Under the pieces are notes generated by a model that was given only the letters and a program-made list of their open reading frames with translations, did no database searches and was not told the origin of the DNA. The translations under genes were made by a program, and so were the position numbers. This document shows positions 30,127 to 48,010 of a DNA stretch of 64,000 nucleotides, one piece after another. The stretch lies in assembly GCF_009914755.1 (NCBI RefSeq), contig NC_060944.1, one strand, 5' to 3'. The DNA is from the human T2T-CHM13v2.0 reference genome, Homo sapiens. The stretch's first letter is position 1, and every line of letters starts with the position of its first letter.

Positions 30127-30559
30127 TTCTGTGCTCTGAATATATTTAAAGGATGCTTCAGTGTAAAATTATTTTGAATGGATGGCTTAATTCCATTGAG
30201 ATAGGCTTTGGAGTGTGGACTAGAGCCCGTTGCTCGACTCTCACTGCTTTGTAGGAACATGAAATTGGTTTAAATTAAAATCAGAGACCTTTTGCACCAG
30301 AAAACAGATCTAAGAGATCACTTAGGTCAACGTCTTCATTTTACTGATGAGGAAACTTTTGCCCAGAGAGCTTAAGCACAGGGACCAGCTTGCATGTCAG
30401 TGTTTTCCTATTGGGGGAAGTGTGTGTCATCAGTGATTTACAAAGGTACCCACCTGTGTAAATTGCTTCCAGCTTTGAAAGGTGGGTGGATTCTGTCTTT
30501 TAAGTAGTGGTTGACAGTTCTCCATCTTACAGTGTTACCTTGTTAAAACATTAATGAAA

Positions 30560-31575
<1,016 letters not shown>

Positions 31576-32869
31576 AAACACGATGAAAACCCAGAGTGAA
31601 GTAAGGTCAAAGGGAGCAAAGGTTTATCACACAAAGGGCTGATGGCAGAGCAGCAGAAATGAAGAGGCTAAGGGCACACAGTCATGAATGTGGAAATTGG
31701 AGTCTACCTTGTTTTACTAACAGGAAAAGGACTTGCAGCAAAGTGTATCGAAGTGGATTGGGCAGAGGGAAATAAACAACCGTTCATGGCAACTGCTAGA
31801 GCTCTGATTCTTGACCTGTACTGGCCACCTCACTTGCTCTCATCTGGCTGCATTCATGTCATTCTTGCATCTCTGGGGTCCTTTTAACCATGGCCTTCCC
31901 AGAGGGTGCAGGGGAGGCAAATGTCAGCATCCCAGACCAAGGAGAGCTTCTGTAAGAGAGACTGAAAAATGGTGATGGTCATTAAAGAGTTAAAACCCGA
32001 AGCGTTAAAACCCCAACTGTGAAGGAGTTTTCTAAACAGCAACACAAGGAGCTATTTTGAAGAAGTGACCACACTGATTTGCCATTATCTCTGGTTAGTG
32101 CATTAGAAGACAAAACCTGCTACCTGATAATTTGCCAAGGAGTAATGGGAGTGACATGCCCCATTAGAAACTGAAAATACTCTTCAGAAATTGCACTTAA
32201 GAGTCTAGAGTTTTCTTTTTTTCCAAGTAGAACTTTGGCCTCTGTTTTCTTAGCAATGTTTGACTGCTAAAATCACTTCAAAGAAGAAAATAGTACAAAT
32301 TTGAAGAAACACAAAATTAGTGTTACGGACTTTCTGAAAAATGTTACCTTTATGCCACTTCAAAAAATGTTAAAGAAATGTATAGGGAAGACAAGAAGCT
32401 TTTTAAGTCAAACCAAGACCCGCTGTATATTTTAACCCCACCCTGCAGTCACATTGTTGGTCCTAAAAGTGCCTCCACACTAAAGAAAATACTCTCCATT
32501 AGTAAAGAGAAAACTACCCTAGAATATTCATCCAGCTTATGTGTGAGGAAGGGCTGGCAGTCCACGGCTAGGGCCCTGGCATGGTCCCCACTTTTCCTCC
32601 TGTTTCCCAGAAGCTCAGACTCCCAAATGCTCTGTTCTCCCATGAGTGGGCCCGGCTGCTCTGCTCAGCCCTCTGTGCTCCACCACTCTCGCATCCCAGA
32701 GCATTCGAAACCTCTCTTAACACGGTCTGCCCTTTACTGGATTGAAAGCAATTTGAGGGGAAGTTCAAGGTTTTTTTGTTGTTGGGTTTGGTTTTGTGGT
32801 GTTTTCAGTTTTTTTTTTTTTTTTTAATACCAAAGTATTTTGTGTGCATAATATAAAAAGCCAAACAGC

Positions 32870-33960
32870 TATAACAGGCTCATAGTGAAAAGCAGCAGGC
32901 TCATATCGCCCTGGGCTACCTCTTCCCAGAGGTTGCCAGTTTAGCACATTGAACTGTTTCTTCTGATATTAACATCTACATTTCCTAATAATGTGGTTAT
33001 ATTACTTTTTCTTGATTTTTCACTTCTATATATTATCTATTGATTTCCTCCTAAGGGAGATAGGGATTTAGCTCTAATAATCTTTCTCCCAACCACATCC
33101 CAAGCATAGATTTCTTTCTCTCTCCCTCTCAGTCATGTTATAATTTTTGGCTACATCAGTATACTTTTGCATGATTAAGACTACTGAGATATTGTTTACA
33201 CCTCTACCTTAAATGTGCTATGCTTATATTTCCCTTTTATGTGTAATCCTTTGTTTTCCCGGAGTCACTACGTCTTAGTGTCTTGTTTGCTCAGTTTCCT
33301 ATGTATCTATCACAAATTCAGCCCAGACCCTGATAGAAGTGTGAATCTCAGCACAATCACAACACCTCAGGCAATCTGATTTTTCTGGTTTTCTTAGGTC
33401 ACTCCTGGAGCTCTCTGTTCTCCTGCTCCTCTCTGGACTGACTGCTATCTGAGCCTACTGCACAGCTCATTCCAGGGCCTTCACTCACTCTCATCTTTGG
33501 AACTCCTTTTGCTCTCTTCTGGATTGGACCCCTTCTTTTCTGGATTTCTAGCTTCCTCTCTCTTACTATCCCATTTTGGGGGTGCACATCCTTTAGCAAG
33601 TCTCTGAGCAAGGAGTATGTGGGACATAATTTTTTTGAGAACTTTACATGTTTGAAAATGTCCCATTCTGCTCTTCCACTTGATTGATAGTTGCACAGGG
33701 TATAAAACACAAGGTTTAAATCATTCTGAGGATTTTGGAAGCATTGTTCCACTGATTCCAGCTTCTAGTGTTTCCTTTAAGAAATCAAGTGCCATTCTAA
33801 TTCCCAATTCTTTTTTATTTCTGGGAATATTCTTCAACTTTAATTTCCAACCTTCTTTTGATTTTTTTCTGCTAACATATTTATAGTTTTCAAGACATCT
33901 TTCTTTTCCAGTTATTCTTTGTTACAGCAACCTGCTCCAAGATGTATGTATATTTTTTTT
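32870..33960 (-). mobile_element. Old L1M fragment(s)
   Basis: T-rich; ctttacatgtttgaaaatgtc...ttgattgatagttgcacagggtataaaa...attttggaagcattgttccact. Confidence 0.5.
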
Positions 33961-34029
33961 CACTGAGGATATTATAGCTCTTTGTTGCTTTGTTCTTTTT
34001 TGTTGTCGTTCTGTATTTTTGTATGTTGT

Positions 34030-34246
34030 TCTGCTTGAGACCAGAAGTGTTTTGTAATTCAGATTTTTTTGGATTTTGGGATATTTACATTATACTTCCC
34101 AGTTAAACATTCCTAATTTGAAAATCCAAAATTCAAAATGCTTCAGTGAGCATTTCCTTTGACCATTGTGTCACCACTCAAAAAAGGTTGTGGATTTTGG
34201 AGCATTTTGGATCTTGAATTTTCATACTGGGGATACTTAACCTGTA
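34030..34246. mobile_element. Tigger4a (MER46A)-like MITE
   Basis: gaccagaagtgtt...aaaatccaaaattcaaaatgct...gagcatttcctttg...ggatacttaacctgta. Confidence 0.8.
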
Positions 34247-34935
34247 TCTAAATTTTTAGCATGATACTCTGCCCTGGGCTGTCCCTAAGTCCAAAGATTT
34301 TCGGGTTAAACTTTTGGTTTCTTAAATTGGTTAGGGATGGGATCTAGGAGTAGAATTCCTTTTACAGACTTGTAAAACATTTCAAAGATTCCTCCTGTTT
34401 TTAGCCCTACTGTTCTGTTGGCCTCTGCCATGCCTAGGGCCACCATTTCCTAAGCCTTAGGGGGATTCATGGCACAAGTGGACTTGCTTCGGAGCTGTGC
34501 CCTTTGACCAACCTGCTTTCCACCTTCTGTAATCTCCCATCAGTGATAAATTACCCATCAGCTTTCCAGATTCCAGAATTTTGCTGACATCTCCTGTTGG
34601 CTATGTTCTTATTTCCTTTTCTGTTTATTCCTGTGACCTTGTGCCCTTTAATTCTTTCCCATAATTTGTTGGGACTTCAGAAGGAAGTGGAGCTAAAGGC
34701 ATGTGTCTGCCTGCCCCATCTTGGCTGGAAGTTGGGAAGGCCTTCCTTCCAAGGCACCCAGCATAGCACCTGGCACATGATGGATGCTCAGCAAATGTCT
34801 GTGGGTCTTCTTTTTACTAAACAGGCAGTTGATTTCACCAGAAGTAGTGACCACCTAAGTTTTGGTAATTTTTTTTCTCCTGAGGGATTAAAAACAATGC
34901 CAAATGCAGGAGTGAGAGTAGTAGGTTATTAATAA

Positions 34936-35317
<382 letters not shown>

Positions 35318-35809
35318 CATTTCTCTCAAAATACGTTATTGATTCCATTTGAATCACTTACTATTTTGGGTCTTCCCGTAACTGATGTTGGGGCTGGTTG
35401 GCTCCAGGAACCATCAGGTTTCAGCCCATTTTATTGATAAAGAAACTGAAGCTGGCAGGGTCGGGGGTGGGGGAGATGGAGGCTCCAAAACTAAGAAAGG
35501 AAAGCCTTGGGTACCTGTGTGAGGCTGAGGCTCTCCCAGTCTCCCTGACCTTTGGGGGATGAGAAGCTTGAGATGGAGTCTCAAGGCACCTCTTACCAGG
35601 CCCTGTGGCCTCCTATTTGGGGAGAGCAGTGGTCTTCAATGCCTTTCTAGATATATCCTGGCTACTAGAAAACAGATGTCCTCAAGTTCACAGGCCTGGG
35701 TTCTGCTCTGCTCATCTGATTAGAAAAAAAGTCAGCAACATCGAAATTCCAGGCCAGTATAGTGTGTGGGTGTCATCTTGCTGCTTGAATTCGGAGTCTC
35801 CAATCAGGT

Positions 35810-36330
35810 CTTGGAACATGTATTCTTTTAACTGGTATTTATTGACCTCCTACTATGTGCCCGGCACCATTCTAACACTGGGGATCCACAGAGAACAAGA
35901 CAGACAAGGACCCTGCTGGCAAGGAACTCATTCTAGAGGAGAGGGGCTAACAATAGGTGAAAACCAACAAACGGGATTTTTTTCAGATTTCGGCCACTGA
36001 CAAATGCTGTGATGAAGTCACTGCGCTGTGGTGGGCGCTATCTTTGGGGTGGTCAGGGGTGAGGTGGGCAGAGCCTTCCAGGTGAGGGAGAACTGGAGCC
36101 AAGACCTTGAGAGGGACTGGGTTCCATGGGACTGCAGGAGAGCAAGGAGGCCACTGTGGCCGAAATGGAAGGTAGAGGTGTCAGGTGGGCAGGAGGAGGG
36201 TCTGTCTGGAAGCTTGGAAGGGTGGTTTTAGGGAATGTCGACAGGTCATTTGTGCTCATGCTGACATCCATTTAAGCGGGGTTGTGTGTGTGAGAAGGAG
36301 CAGGCTTTCAGTCTCAGAACCATCAGGAGC
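35810..36330 (-). mobile_element. L2 fragment
   Basis: tatttattgacctcctactatgtgcccggcacc...acaagacagacaagg. Confidence 0.65.
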
Positions 36331-37494
36331 GGACTGGAGGCTGCACGCTACTGTTCAAGTCCCCTCTTGAAGTGGGAACAGCTCTTCCCTGCTTGTCTCC
36401 GGTCTGCGATGCTAATGGGTATGAATCAGCCCTGACCAGGCCCTGATGCAGTGCTACATTCTGCGTCAGAAAGCTCCAGTCCCTCGTGTCTGAGTCACCT
36501 GTGCCCCCAGGAGAGGATGCACAGACCAGGGCCACGTGCTGGTGGGCCTGCGTCACCAAGCCACACACTGCTGTTCAGCCCGGTAGCACCGCTGGGAGAT
36601 TAAAAGCATGCGCTTAGTGAAAGGCAAAGAGCTTCTTTTGATAACCAGCATCTGTTAGTTAATGGACCTCTGAGAGCTGTATACAATTTCAACTTTTTAT
36701 TAAAGAAAAAAAGCTCATTTGCTCTCCTGGGAGTTGCACAATGAAATTATCAACTGCATGGGCTTCCCACCCACCCCCCACCTTTCAACGTGACTGAACA
36801 TGCAATGGAGAACATTAATTTTATCTGGAAATAGGACTCTAGGCTTTCCTCCCCGTCTGTAGATGAGAGCGCTCTCACGTTTTATGTGAAGGGCAGAGAC
36901 TTAAGGGGCGGGAGCAAAGGGCTGGAAGGAAGGCTTGGTGCCCATGGGCCTCTGGCCCTGTACCAGACAGTCTCAGCCCCTCAGCCTCTGAAATGACCCC
37001 TTCCTTTATCAGCCCAGAGTCTTGGAAGCCCTGACCTTCTGCCTGGGAGAAAAGGGATGGTTGCCCTTTCTTCAGCCTTCGTAGCTCCGAGCAGCATCAC
37101 CTGCCCCCAAACTAACAAGCCCCAGCGAGCAGAGAGCAACTAAGTCCAACTGAGGGGATCCAGGAAGCTGCTGTCCTGCTCAACACACTCCTTCTCATTA
37201 GGGATGGCATCCCACGAAGCAACACTAAATTGCCTTCCCCAAATAAAATCAAGGAATCCTATTCCCTCCAAGAGTGAGGAGGACACCCCAAGCCCGTGGG
37301 CTGTGATACAGAGGCCCGGATCTCAGGCTCTGGAGCCCAGCCCCTTCTCTCTGTGCCTTAGTGTCCTCGCGCGCAAGACGCAGAGACTCACACACCTCTC
37401 ACTGACTCAGCTGGGCCTCTCGAGGGTCGCTGAATCTGGTAGATGGAGGTGATCCGTTCACGGGTCTCAGTGTGAGGCTTAACAGGGATAACCA

Positions 37495-38030
37495 ACATTT
37501 ACTGAGTCACATATTTATTGAAGTTCTTTCTACCATGCACCAGGCACACTGGACCCTTCCGGAAAGATCGCAGGAAGCGAGTCAGAGCCGAGTCTTTTTC
37601 GTTGGAGCTTACATTCTAGGCAAATAAGGTCATTTCCGCCAGTGATCAGTTTTCATGACAAAGAACATACAACTGTGATGCAGTGGACTGACAGAAGGAC
37701 CAGGGAAATGGGGCTGCTCTTTGGGATGCGAATGGTGACATCTTCAGGAGACAACATCTGGTCTGAGACTTGATTGAAAAGAAAGTGCTCAACTTCTGAA
37801 GGTCTGGGGGAAGAGAGGCTAGGCGGAAATCAGGGCTTGTGCAAAGGCCCCAAGGCAGCAAGAGCTCCTGTGATCAAGAAACAGAGAGAAGGCCAGTGTG
37901 GCCGGGGCATGTGGAGGCGTGGCTGAGCCTTGCAGGCAACAGCGAGCCAGAAGTCGGGCTTTTATTCTGAGTGCAGTGGAAGCCCCTGGGGGGTTTTCAG
38001 CAGGACAGGCAGTGGCATGAAAGCAGAACT
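37495..38030 (-). mobile_element. L2 fragment
   Basis: atatttattga...ccaggcac...tgtgcaaaggccc...ttttattctgagtgcagtggaagcc. Confidence 0.6.
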
Positions 38031-38149
38031 GAGAGAGCTGGGGTTTACCTCCACTGGTTTTATTCTCTTTCACACATTCTCTGGAAGACACTCCACTTCC
38101 TTTCTTTAGAACTGTAATTCCCTTGGTTGACTTTAATAACCAGCAAGAA

Positions 38150-39840
38150 CATTTTTCAGGCTGTTTAATTTTATTAAAAGGTTCAAATTTGATGATAAAT
38201 GGTGGCATGGTTACTTCAAGCTTCGGATACAAGACCTGCTCAGCCGTGGACATATCATCGACACCCACTGCCATCCCCACCAGGAGCTCCCCCAACCCTG
38301 ATGTAGTCTGAGACCGTAAATAATGTAATGATTTCTTGTACTTTGGTAAATATGCCAGGAACACTTGTAGCTGTCTGAGAGCTACAGAGAATACTAACTT
38401 GGTGGGCTTTTTTTTTTTTTAAGAGGAAGGATGGGTAATAAGTGGAAGCAATTTCAGCAGGCTGACTGAACCCCACACAGTCTCAGGGAGGAAAAGGGCT
38501 TCCCTCTGAAACCATCATTAACCTCACAGACAATTGTTCAAAATCTGTGATAAGAGCTAGAGATAGGGATCAGGAGGAGGAAGGAGGGGGTGAGTCATTG
38601 GCCCCCAGTCCTGAAAACCCTTGGGCCCACCAGGATGCCAGTTAATTTCACAGTGTACAGATGAGGCCCTGGGAACATGGGCAGAGTCCCTGGGGAGGCA
38701 CAGCCTGTTCCCACCATGATGACAGTCCCCTCTGAGCAGAGGACACCAATATATTAGGATTATGGCAAGGAGGCTGGGCAAGGCGGAGCTGCCTAGATGT
38801 CGCCATGTAGCCTGGTGACCCCGACCTCTCCCTAGGGTGGGCCCAAAGATACACATTCGGAGATTCTCTTCCTTTGTCAGGCAGGCACAGGCAATCTTGG
38901 CAACCGAGGATGGCTGGGCAGGGCGAATTGCAGAGCGCGTTAGTGTTACGGCTGTCATTACTATTAACTATGTTCAGAAGGCTGGAAATGCTGCTCCCCT
39001 CCAAAGACCTGCCCCCAGCAGCCAGCCTGGTGCACACTGGCATTTGCCTGGGCCAGGAAGGCTTGGAGGCCGCAGGCTGCTCTGGGGAGGCCATGCTTCT
39101 CAGCTTAGATGGAGTCCTCTTCATTTTGCATGCTGGCCCGGGAAAACTGGATTTATCCACATGCAGTGTTGGCAGCTTGAGGTCCGACTCGCAGAAGCAC
39201 AGGCAAATGCAGACGAATGCCAGCAGTCAGGACTCAGGAAAGCTGAGCTGCCCCTGAAGACACAAGCCCTTTGCCCAAAAGCTGAGAAGCACTGAAAGCC
39301 CGAAGTGGCATCTTTAATTCATGGCACCACTTAGAGATCGTATTGCTAAATTCGAATTAATAATCTTTAAACAACAACCTACAGACATGGCAGAACTGTA
39401 GGCCTCGTCCCTAGGCAGAGCCTCAGGATCTCCTCTTGCTCCCATCTTGGAATCCCAAGGGTCAGGATGGGAAGAACTGGGGGGAACATGGGATGGGGGT
39501 GTTCCGTGTGGCCCCCTGACTGCACCTGTTGGCGAGCTGCCAAGGATGAGGAAAGTAGAAAAATTGGGAGTGATCTTTAGAAACTCACGTAGCGATGAAC
39601 ATCACTGCCGCATCCAAGTGCTTGACTGGGGACCCGGGCTGTGGGATGTGGTATAGGCTTTGCAGGGGTTAAGCTCATGTCCTGAGCCACATGGGACACA
39701 GGCAGAGTTTGGAAGCAGTGGGGCTGTGCATCCATCCATGACAGAGCAGAGGAGAATGGTTCCTTCCCTACAGCTGCCAGGAGGGAGTCTGAAGGGTTGA
39801 ATGGGTGTCCAGAGCCGCCATCCTGATGTCAAGTCCAATG
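38150..39840 (-). other. APCDD1L: APCDD1L 3' UTR (end approximate)
   Basis: Follows the stop; minus-strand AATAAA at 38170-38175, with further copies at 38059-38064 and 37961-37966. Confidence 0.7.
38170..38175 (-). terminator. Candidate APCDD1L poly(A) signal
   Basis: tttatt on the + strand (AATAAA on -), followed on - by GU/U-rich tgttcttgctggttatt. Confidence 0.65.
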
Positions 39841-40752
<912 letters not shown>

Positions 40753-41612
40753 TCAGTCAGGACGACCTCCTTGCTTCAGCCAGGATGGCCTCCTTGATGG
40801 AGGTCAGCCCCTGTATCCCCCGGGCCTTGGGTCTCCTGCTGTCTCTTCCACCTGGAATTCCCCGCCAGCTCCTTCTTACCTCTTAGGTCTCAGCTGGGCA
40901 CCAGAGAGAGCTTTCCCGAATGCCCCATGTAAGGTGGGCCTCAGGGCTGTCACACCACCCTCTTTTATCTTCCTCATTCCACCCCCTGAGACTCTCCTCT
41001 CTCTACCCCTCACCCCTCATCAAACTGGAATGCATCGTGCCTTACAGTACTAAAAAGCCCTAGAAAGCCGGGACTGTCTCTGCGGCTACCCCATCCCCAC
41101 CGCACAGGGCTTGGCTCACAGCAAGCACATATTTGTTGCATGAATAAATGAGAAATGAATGGAAGCATAGGTGGCCTTCGTCTTGGGACCTGAGAGAACT
41201 TGTCCTTGCTCATGCCCAGTCTGCTTGGTCCTGGAATTTGACCGTGAAAGTTGATCTTTTTCTAGCTCACTCTTCTAGGTGTTTCAGAAGTGCCAAGAAC
41301 TATGCTAAGCACTTCCTGGGCAACTGGTACATGTTATAGCTGAGGGAGCTGAGACCCAGAGGGCCGGCTGGGCTGCCCAGGTTGTCCAGCCTGGAAGTGG
41401 CAGAGACCAGCTGAAATGCAGCCTGGCTTACACCCGGCTGTCTGAGCTCCCCCTCTCATGTGCTCATAGCAGGTTACATCTTCCCTACAGGTGGAGAATA
41501 GAGGATTTTTGTCTTTAGAAATCTCACAGTGGAAGGTGCGCATCATTTGCTCTACCTACCCCATGGAAAGTGGATATGGCAACAAGGATCAAAAGCCATC
41601 AAAATATGTCTG

Positions 41613-42218
<606 letters not shown>

Positions 42219-42936
42219 TTATGTCTTTGGAAGCCCATTGCTTAAGTCTGCGCGAAGGAGATAGTTGAAATCTCGTAAAGAGCTGGGACTCAAAGATGTT
42301 CATTGTCGTGTTATTTGTTATAGGGAAAACCGGCCACACTCGGGTCTTCAGGTGCCACCACACCCTCCCTTGTCCCAGGCTATGAGTTGGTTTTCCTCTG
42401 TCTTTGCCCTTATTTACAGTTGTCTCTGCCTTACAAACTCTCGTGAGCTGGGTTTACCGTAAAACACGTTAACAGGAAACAGATGCTAAAGCAAATTGTG
42501 TGGGAGTAGTCTGCATTTTGGAGTGAAAAAGCTCAGCAGACGCTAAAAAGGAATGAGATACAGATTTCTTCTTTCTTCTTTCTCCTTCTTCTCCTTCTCC
42601 TATTTTATTTCTAAAAAAGAAGCTGCCGCCCAGATTGTAGGCCAGAGCGCCGTTCTGGAAGGTAAATGGCCTTGGAACTTGTCAAAGCTGATGTGAGAAC
42701 AAGCAAACATCTCCTGCTGTGGCCATTCCAGAAGGAAACTTAGAGTTGCAGTCCAGGCAGGACAGCCACAGGAAGGGGGCATTTTGAGGGTCCAGCTGGG
42801 AAATTTGTTCCAATATATTTTTTCTTGCAAAAATCCCAAAAGACTTCCACACAGCACTGCTGAGTGAGTTTCATGCCAGACGAGTGGCACTTAGAAGTTC
42901 TGGTTTAGAAAGAAAATACTGGATGATTGAGAACAG

Positions 42937-42958
42937 TTTTTTTTTGGGGGGGGGGGGG
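42937..42958. repeat. Compound homopolymer T9G13
   Basis: Read directly from the sequence. Confidence 0.9.
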
Positions 42959-45821
42959 CGTCACATTTTATAAGCTGTTATTTTTTATTTCTATAATGAA
43001 CCTTAAGTTTCCTTGATTTATATAATATCGGAGACCATATTGGCTTTGGTTATGGGGATTTGGGCCCAGAGAGCTTGACGGTTCTCTGAAATGCTAGCAA
43101 ATGGCTGCAAAAATGTTTGTGATGGGAGCAAGCAAGCTTGATAGTTAGCCGGAGTGTTGGTGATTGGGATGCCGGCTGATAAGAGTCGACTCTAATTTTG
43201 GCATTTTAACCTACATTCTGAGCTGTCACACTAATATATATTGAGAAGACATAATGCGTTACAGCAACATAATCCCAGAGCTGTCCTTACCCACCACAAA
43301 AGACAACCAAAAGATATTCTCTGCAGATAGGACATTTAGGGCTGCTAGTTGGTAATCTGGGGTGAGCAGTTTTCTGCAGAGCAGAAACAAATTGAGAAGC
43401 AGCAAAGTTTTAAGGTGAAAGAGGGATGAGAAAAAGCATTTCCTTCTGTGGTGCTTTTGAAGCTGGTGAAACAAGGTTCCCGGCTCCATGGGAAATCTTT
43501 CGGGCATCTTTCTGCAGAGGTCTGAAGTCTCATGCGTTAATAAACAAAGCCCCCAGCCAGCAGAATTCACACTTGTACAGAAACCAAACTCTTACTCGTT
43601 TAAGCCTGTTACATAAAGTTATTTCTCAAACAGCACAAAACAGTTTCTAATTAACCCCCAGAGGTGACACCAGGCTCAGATAATTTTGGTCCAGTGTTGG
43701 CTGATTGATTAGCATTCTATATCCAGGCAATGAATTTGGGGATCAAATTGGTTTTAAATTAACTTCTAAAAATGTTCATGTTTACCATCTGGTTTGGGTC
43801 GTGGGCAAGGCGTGGGCCCCAGAGAGCTTAAGGCAACAACTGATTCATTTCTTGGGGATTTCTCTGCAGCAATTCCTTCTTTGAAATTATCTGTCTTTTC
43901 TTTCTTTCTTTTTTTTTTTTTCTCCCAAGGAGACGGGCCATTGGTGAGCAGACCTTTAATGTAATGTCTGTACATCTGGCACCGTTCATCACTGCATACA
44001 TTTCTATGTGTTTTGCTTCTCCATCACATTTCAGGCTGGATTGGTCACCCAGGTTGGCCGGGCAGCAGGGAGGGCAGGGACAGCCATGGCCCCAGAGTCC
44101 TGCCTGGGGATGCATGAAATTGCCAGCCCCCACAGCCCCCGGGGATCTGTCCTCTCTGCATTCAGAGCAGTTTCCCCTCCTAATGAGGTGGTGGTGGCCG
44201 GTAATCAACTCACCGCTAGCGCCTTCTCTGAACTAAGTAGGATTAACGCCAGACCAGCCTAGAACACTGGTTGCCAAAAAGGGAATAATTTTGAGGTCAT
44301 AAAAAGAACTCTGAGGCTGATTTTCTGATTATGAGAACTTCGTGTCGTGCTCCTCCTCTGCTATCCAGATCCTCAGTTTGGAGGAGGGGGTGGGGGAAGG
44401 GGAGGAAGGCAGGCTTCTGGTCTGTCTCATCCACAGTGCTCCCGCATTGGGGCAATAACAAGTGGGTACTACCAGGGGTTAGAAGTTGCCTCATTGGTTT
44501 AGTTCCTTGAGTGTCCAGTACACGGTAGGCAACAAATACATGCTGAATGATGTGAAGGTGGCCTAAGAGCTCCAAGAGGACTTCATGGGGATGCTGAACA
44601 CATCCATCCATCCACACCCATTCATCCACCCTCCCTCCATCTGCTCGTTTGTGCACTCAAGAAATACGCATTGGGTGCCTTGTACAGAAGTTTTTCACCT
44701 CGAATGCTAACCTCAACTTCATTTTCACTAACCTTTCACTAATAAAAGTTAACATTTCTTCTCATTGTAAATGGAGGCAACGAGCCCCAGTAGCGTCAGC
44801 AGAACCTCTGACCTTGTATGACACTAACAGCATTGCAGGTACTGGAAACATGGTTTGCAGTCGTCCCTGCTTTGAAATGAGGGCAAATAAAGATTTCACA
44901 TTTATCGTTTCTCTATATCACAAATTAGCGTTTTAAAACTTGGGTAACTGTTTTAATAGAACTGGTTTTCATTTAAATCCCACGTATTTTCTCTTATGCT
45001 TTTTTTAAAAACAGATTTTCTGAGGGGGGTTCCTTAGGCTTCACCAGCCACCAGAGGGGTCTCTGACACTGGGAAGGTCCTAGGTCCACACCCTTGTAGG
45101 AGCCAGGCTCTGAGCTATGTGCCAGGAGCCATTATACAGTAAAGTTACGTTTCTTTCTGCCTGTTTGCTCATCTGGCAAAAAAAAAAAAAAAAAAGTGTG
45201 CTGGGGGACTGCTAGATCCTCCCCAAATTAGGACGGTATGCGTGCAATGGCTTCTTCTAAAATCTAGGTTAATCAGCTTCAATGAAATTCGTGTTGGAGT
45301 CAAGGCGGAACATGCTAAAGAGAGGGTGGTTTCCTTTAGCCTGCAGCCTCCCCACACCCCGGACAGCTTGCTGGAAATGCAGAACCCCGGGCTCCACCCA
45401 GACCTGAAGGATCCCTTTCGGCCCTCTCACAAGAAGCCCAGGCCACGTGGCTTCGCCGTCTGGTTTGGGAGTGGGCGAGGGTGGCGCCCCAGTGGCTGTG
45501 CGGCTAGGTCAGTGTGAGGCTCGCACTGAGATTTCGAGGGGGTGGCATCTGGGCTGGTGTGCGCGGCCCCAGCGGCGCCCTGGAGGAAAGCTGCCCTCTC
45601 CCTAATTCATCCATCCACGTTTATTGGTCCTGATCGTCGGCCTGACCCGTGCTAGGTGCCCGCTGTGGCCCCACCCTTGTGAAGGACCTAGCGCCAGAGG
45701 GAGAGGCAATAAACAAGTCACCAACAGAGCTTCAGAGCGGGCTGAGAGCTGGCAAGGGTCACCTGCGGGAAACGGGGAACGGTAGAATGGGGACTGGAGC
45801 GGATATTTCAGCCGAGAACTA

Positions 45822-46811
<990 letters not shown>

Positions 46812-47191
46812 TTAGTCCTCAGCTCAGGCCTGGGCCCCTCCAGCCTCAGTTCCCCTCACTGCTCGCAGTCAGGCACCCTTGGGGCTGGGGCTTTGCACTG
46901 GATGCCTCGTGGCCTCGACACAAGCCTTCTAGTTCATTCTCCTTTCCTTCAATCTGAATTGCCCTGCTGGAGGGCCTTTTGCAACCACCTGGGGACCCGC
47001 TGGCCTGGGAGCTCCGGGATGCCCTGCCTGCTTCCTCCCCCGCTGGACTCTGGGCACCTGGCCCAGAGCCCGCCCCACTCCCTCCCGCGTCCTTGCTGAG
47101 TGAATGGAGGCCCGTCTTGTCTCCCCCTTCTCTAGGCTCACTGCCCTGACCAGGTCTCATCCTTGCCTGTGACAGGGCTTGAAGATATAAA

Positions 47192-47408
47192 CCAGGAGTC
47201 GGCAAACTTTTTCTGTAAAGGGCTGAGTAATAAATATTTTTGTTTTGGTGGGCTGGGTGGTTTCTGCTGCAACTACTCAAAGTTGCCATTGTAGAGCTAA
47301 TGCAGCTATAGATGATACGTGCATGGATGGGCATGGTTGTGTGCCAATAAAACTTTGTTTACAAAAATGGGAAGTGGGCTGGACTTGGCCCCAGACTCCA
47401 TTTGCTGG
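47192..47408. mobile_element. MER58A MITE
   Basis: caggagtcggcaaactttttctgtaaagggc...gtgccaataaaactttgtttacaaaaa. Confidence 0.85.
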
Positions 47409-47566
47409 TGATACAAACAGATCCAGGGGAAGGGGTTGGACGGAGAAGAAAGAGAAATGACTCCTAGACTCACGGTCAACCTGGGGATGGGGCAGAGGAG
47501 GCCTCTGGGACTTCCTACTGAGGGCGCAGGTAGGGTGGACGGTGGATGAAGTCGGGGGAAAAATAG

Positions 47567-48010
<444 letters not shown>

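Larger units (their letters stand above)
23293..30150 (+). other. VAPB: VAPB long 3' UTR (end approximate)
   Basis: Alu-free stretch after the stop with several AATAAA, the last at 30121-30126; dense interspersed repeats resume after ~30300. Confidence 0.75.

Noticed and set aside
38557-39295. Stacked 127-170 aa ORFs in the APCDD1L 3' UTR
   Set aside because: Moderately GC-rich UTR with no recognisable homology or splice support
45047-45585. CTCF-like motifs (ccaccagagggg; agcggcgccctggagg)
   Set aside because: Mismatches in the core; not callable without ChIP data
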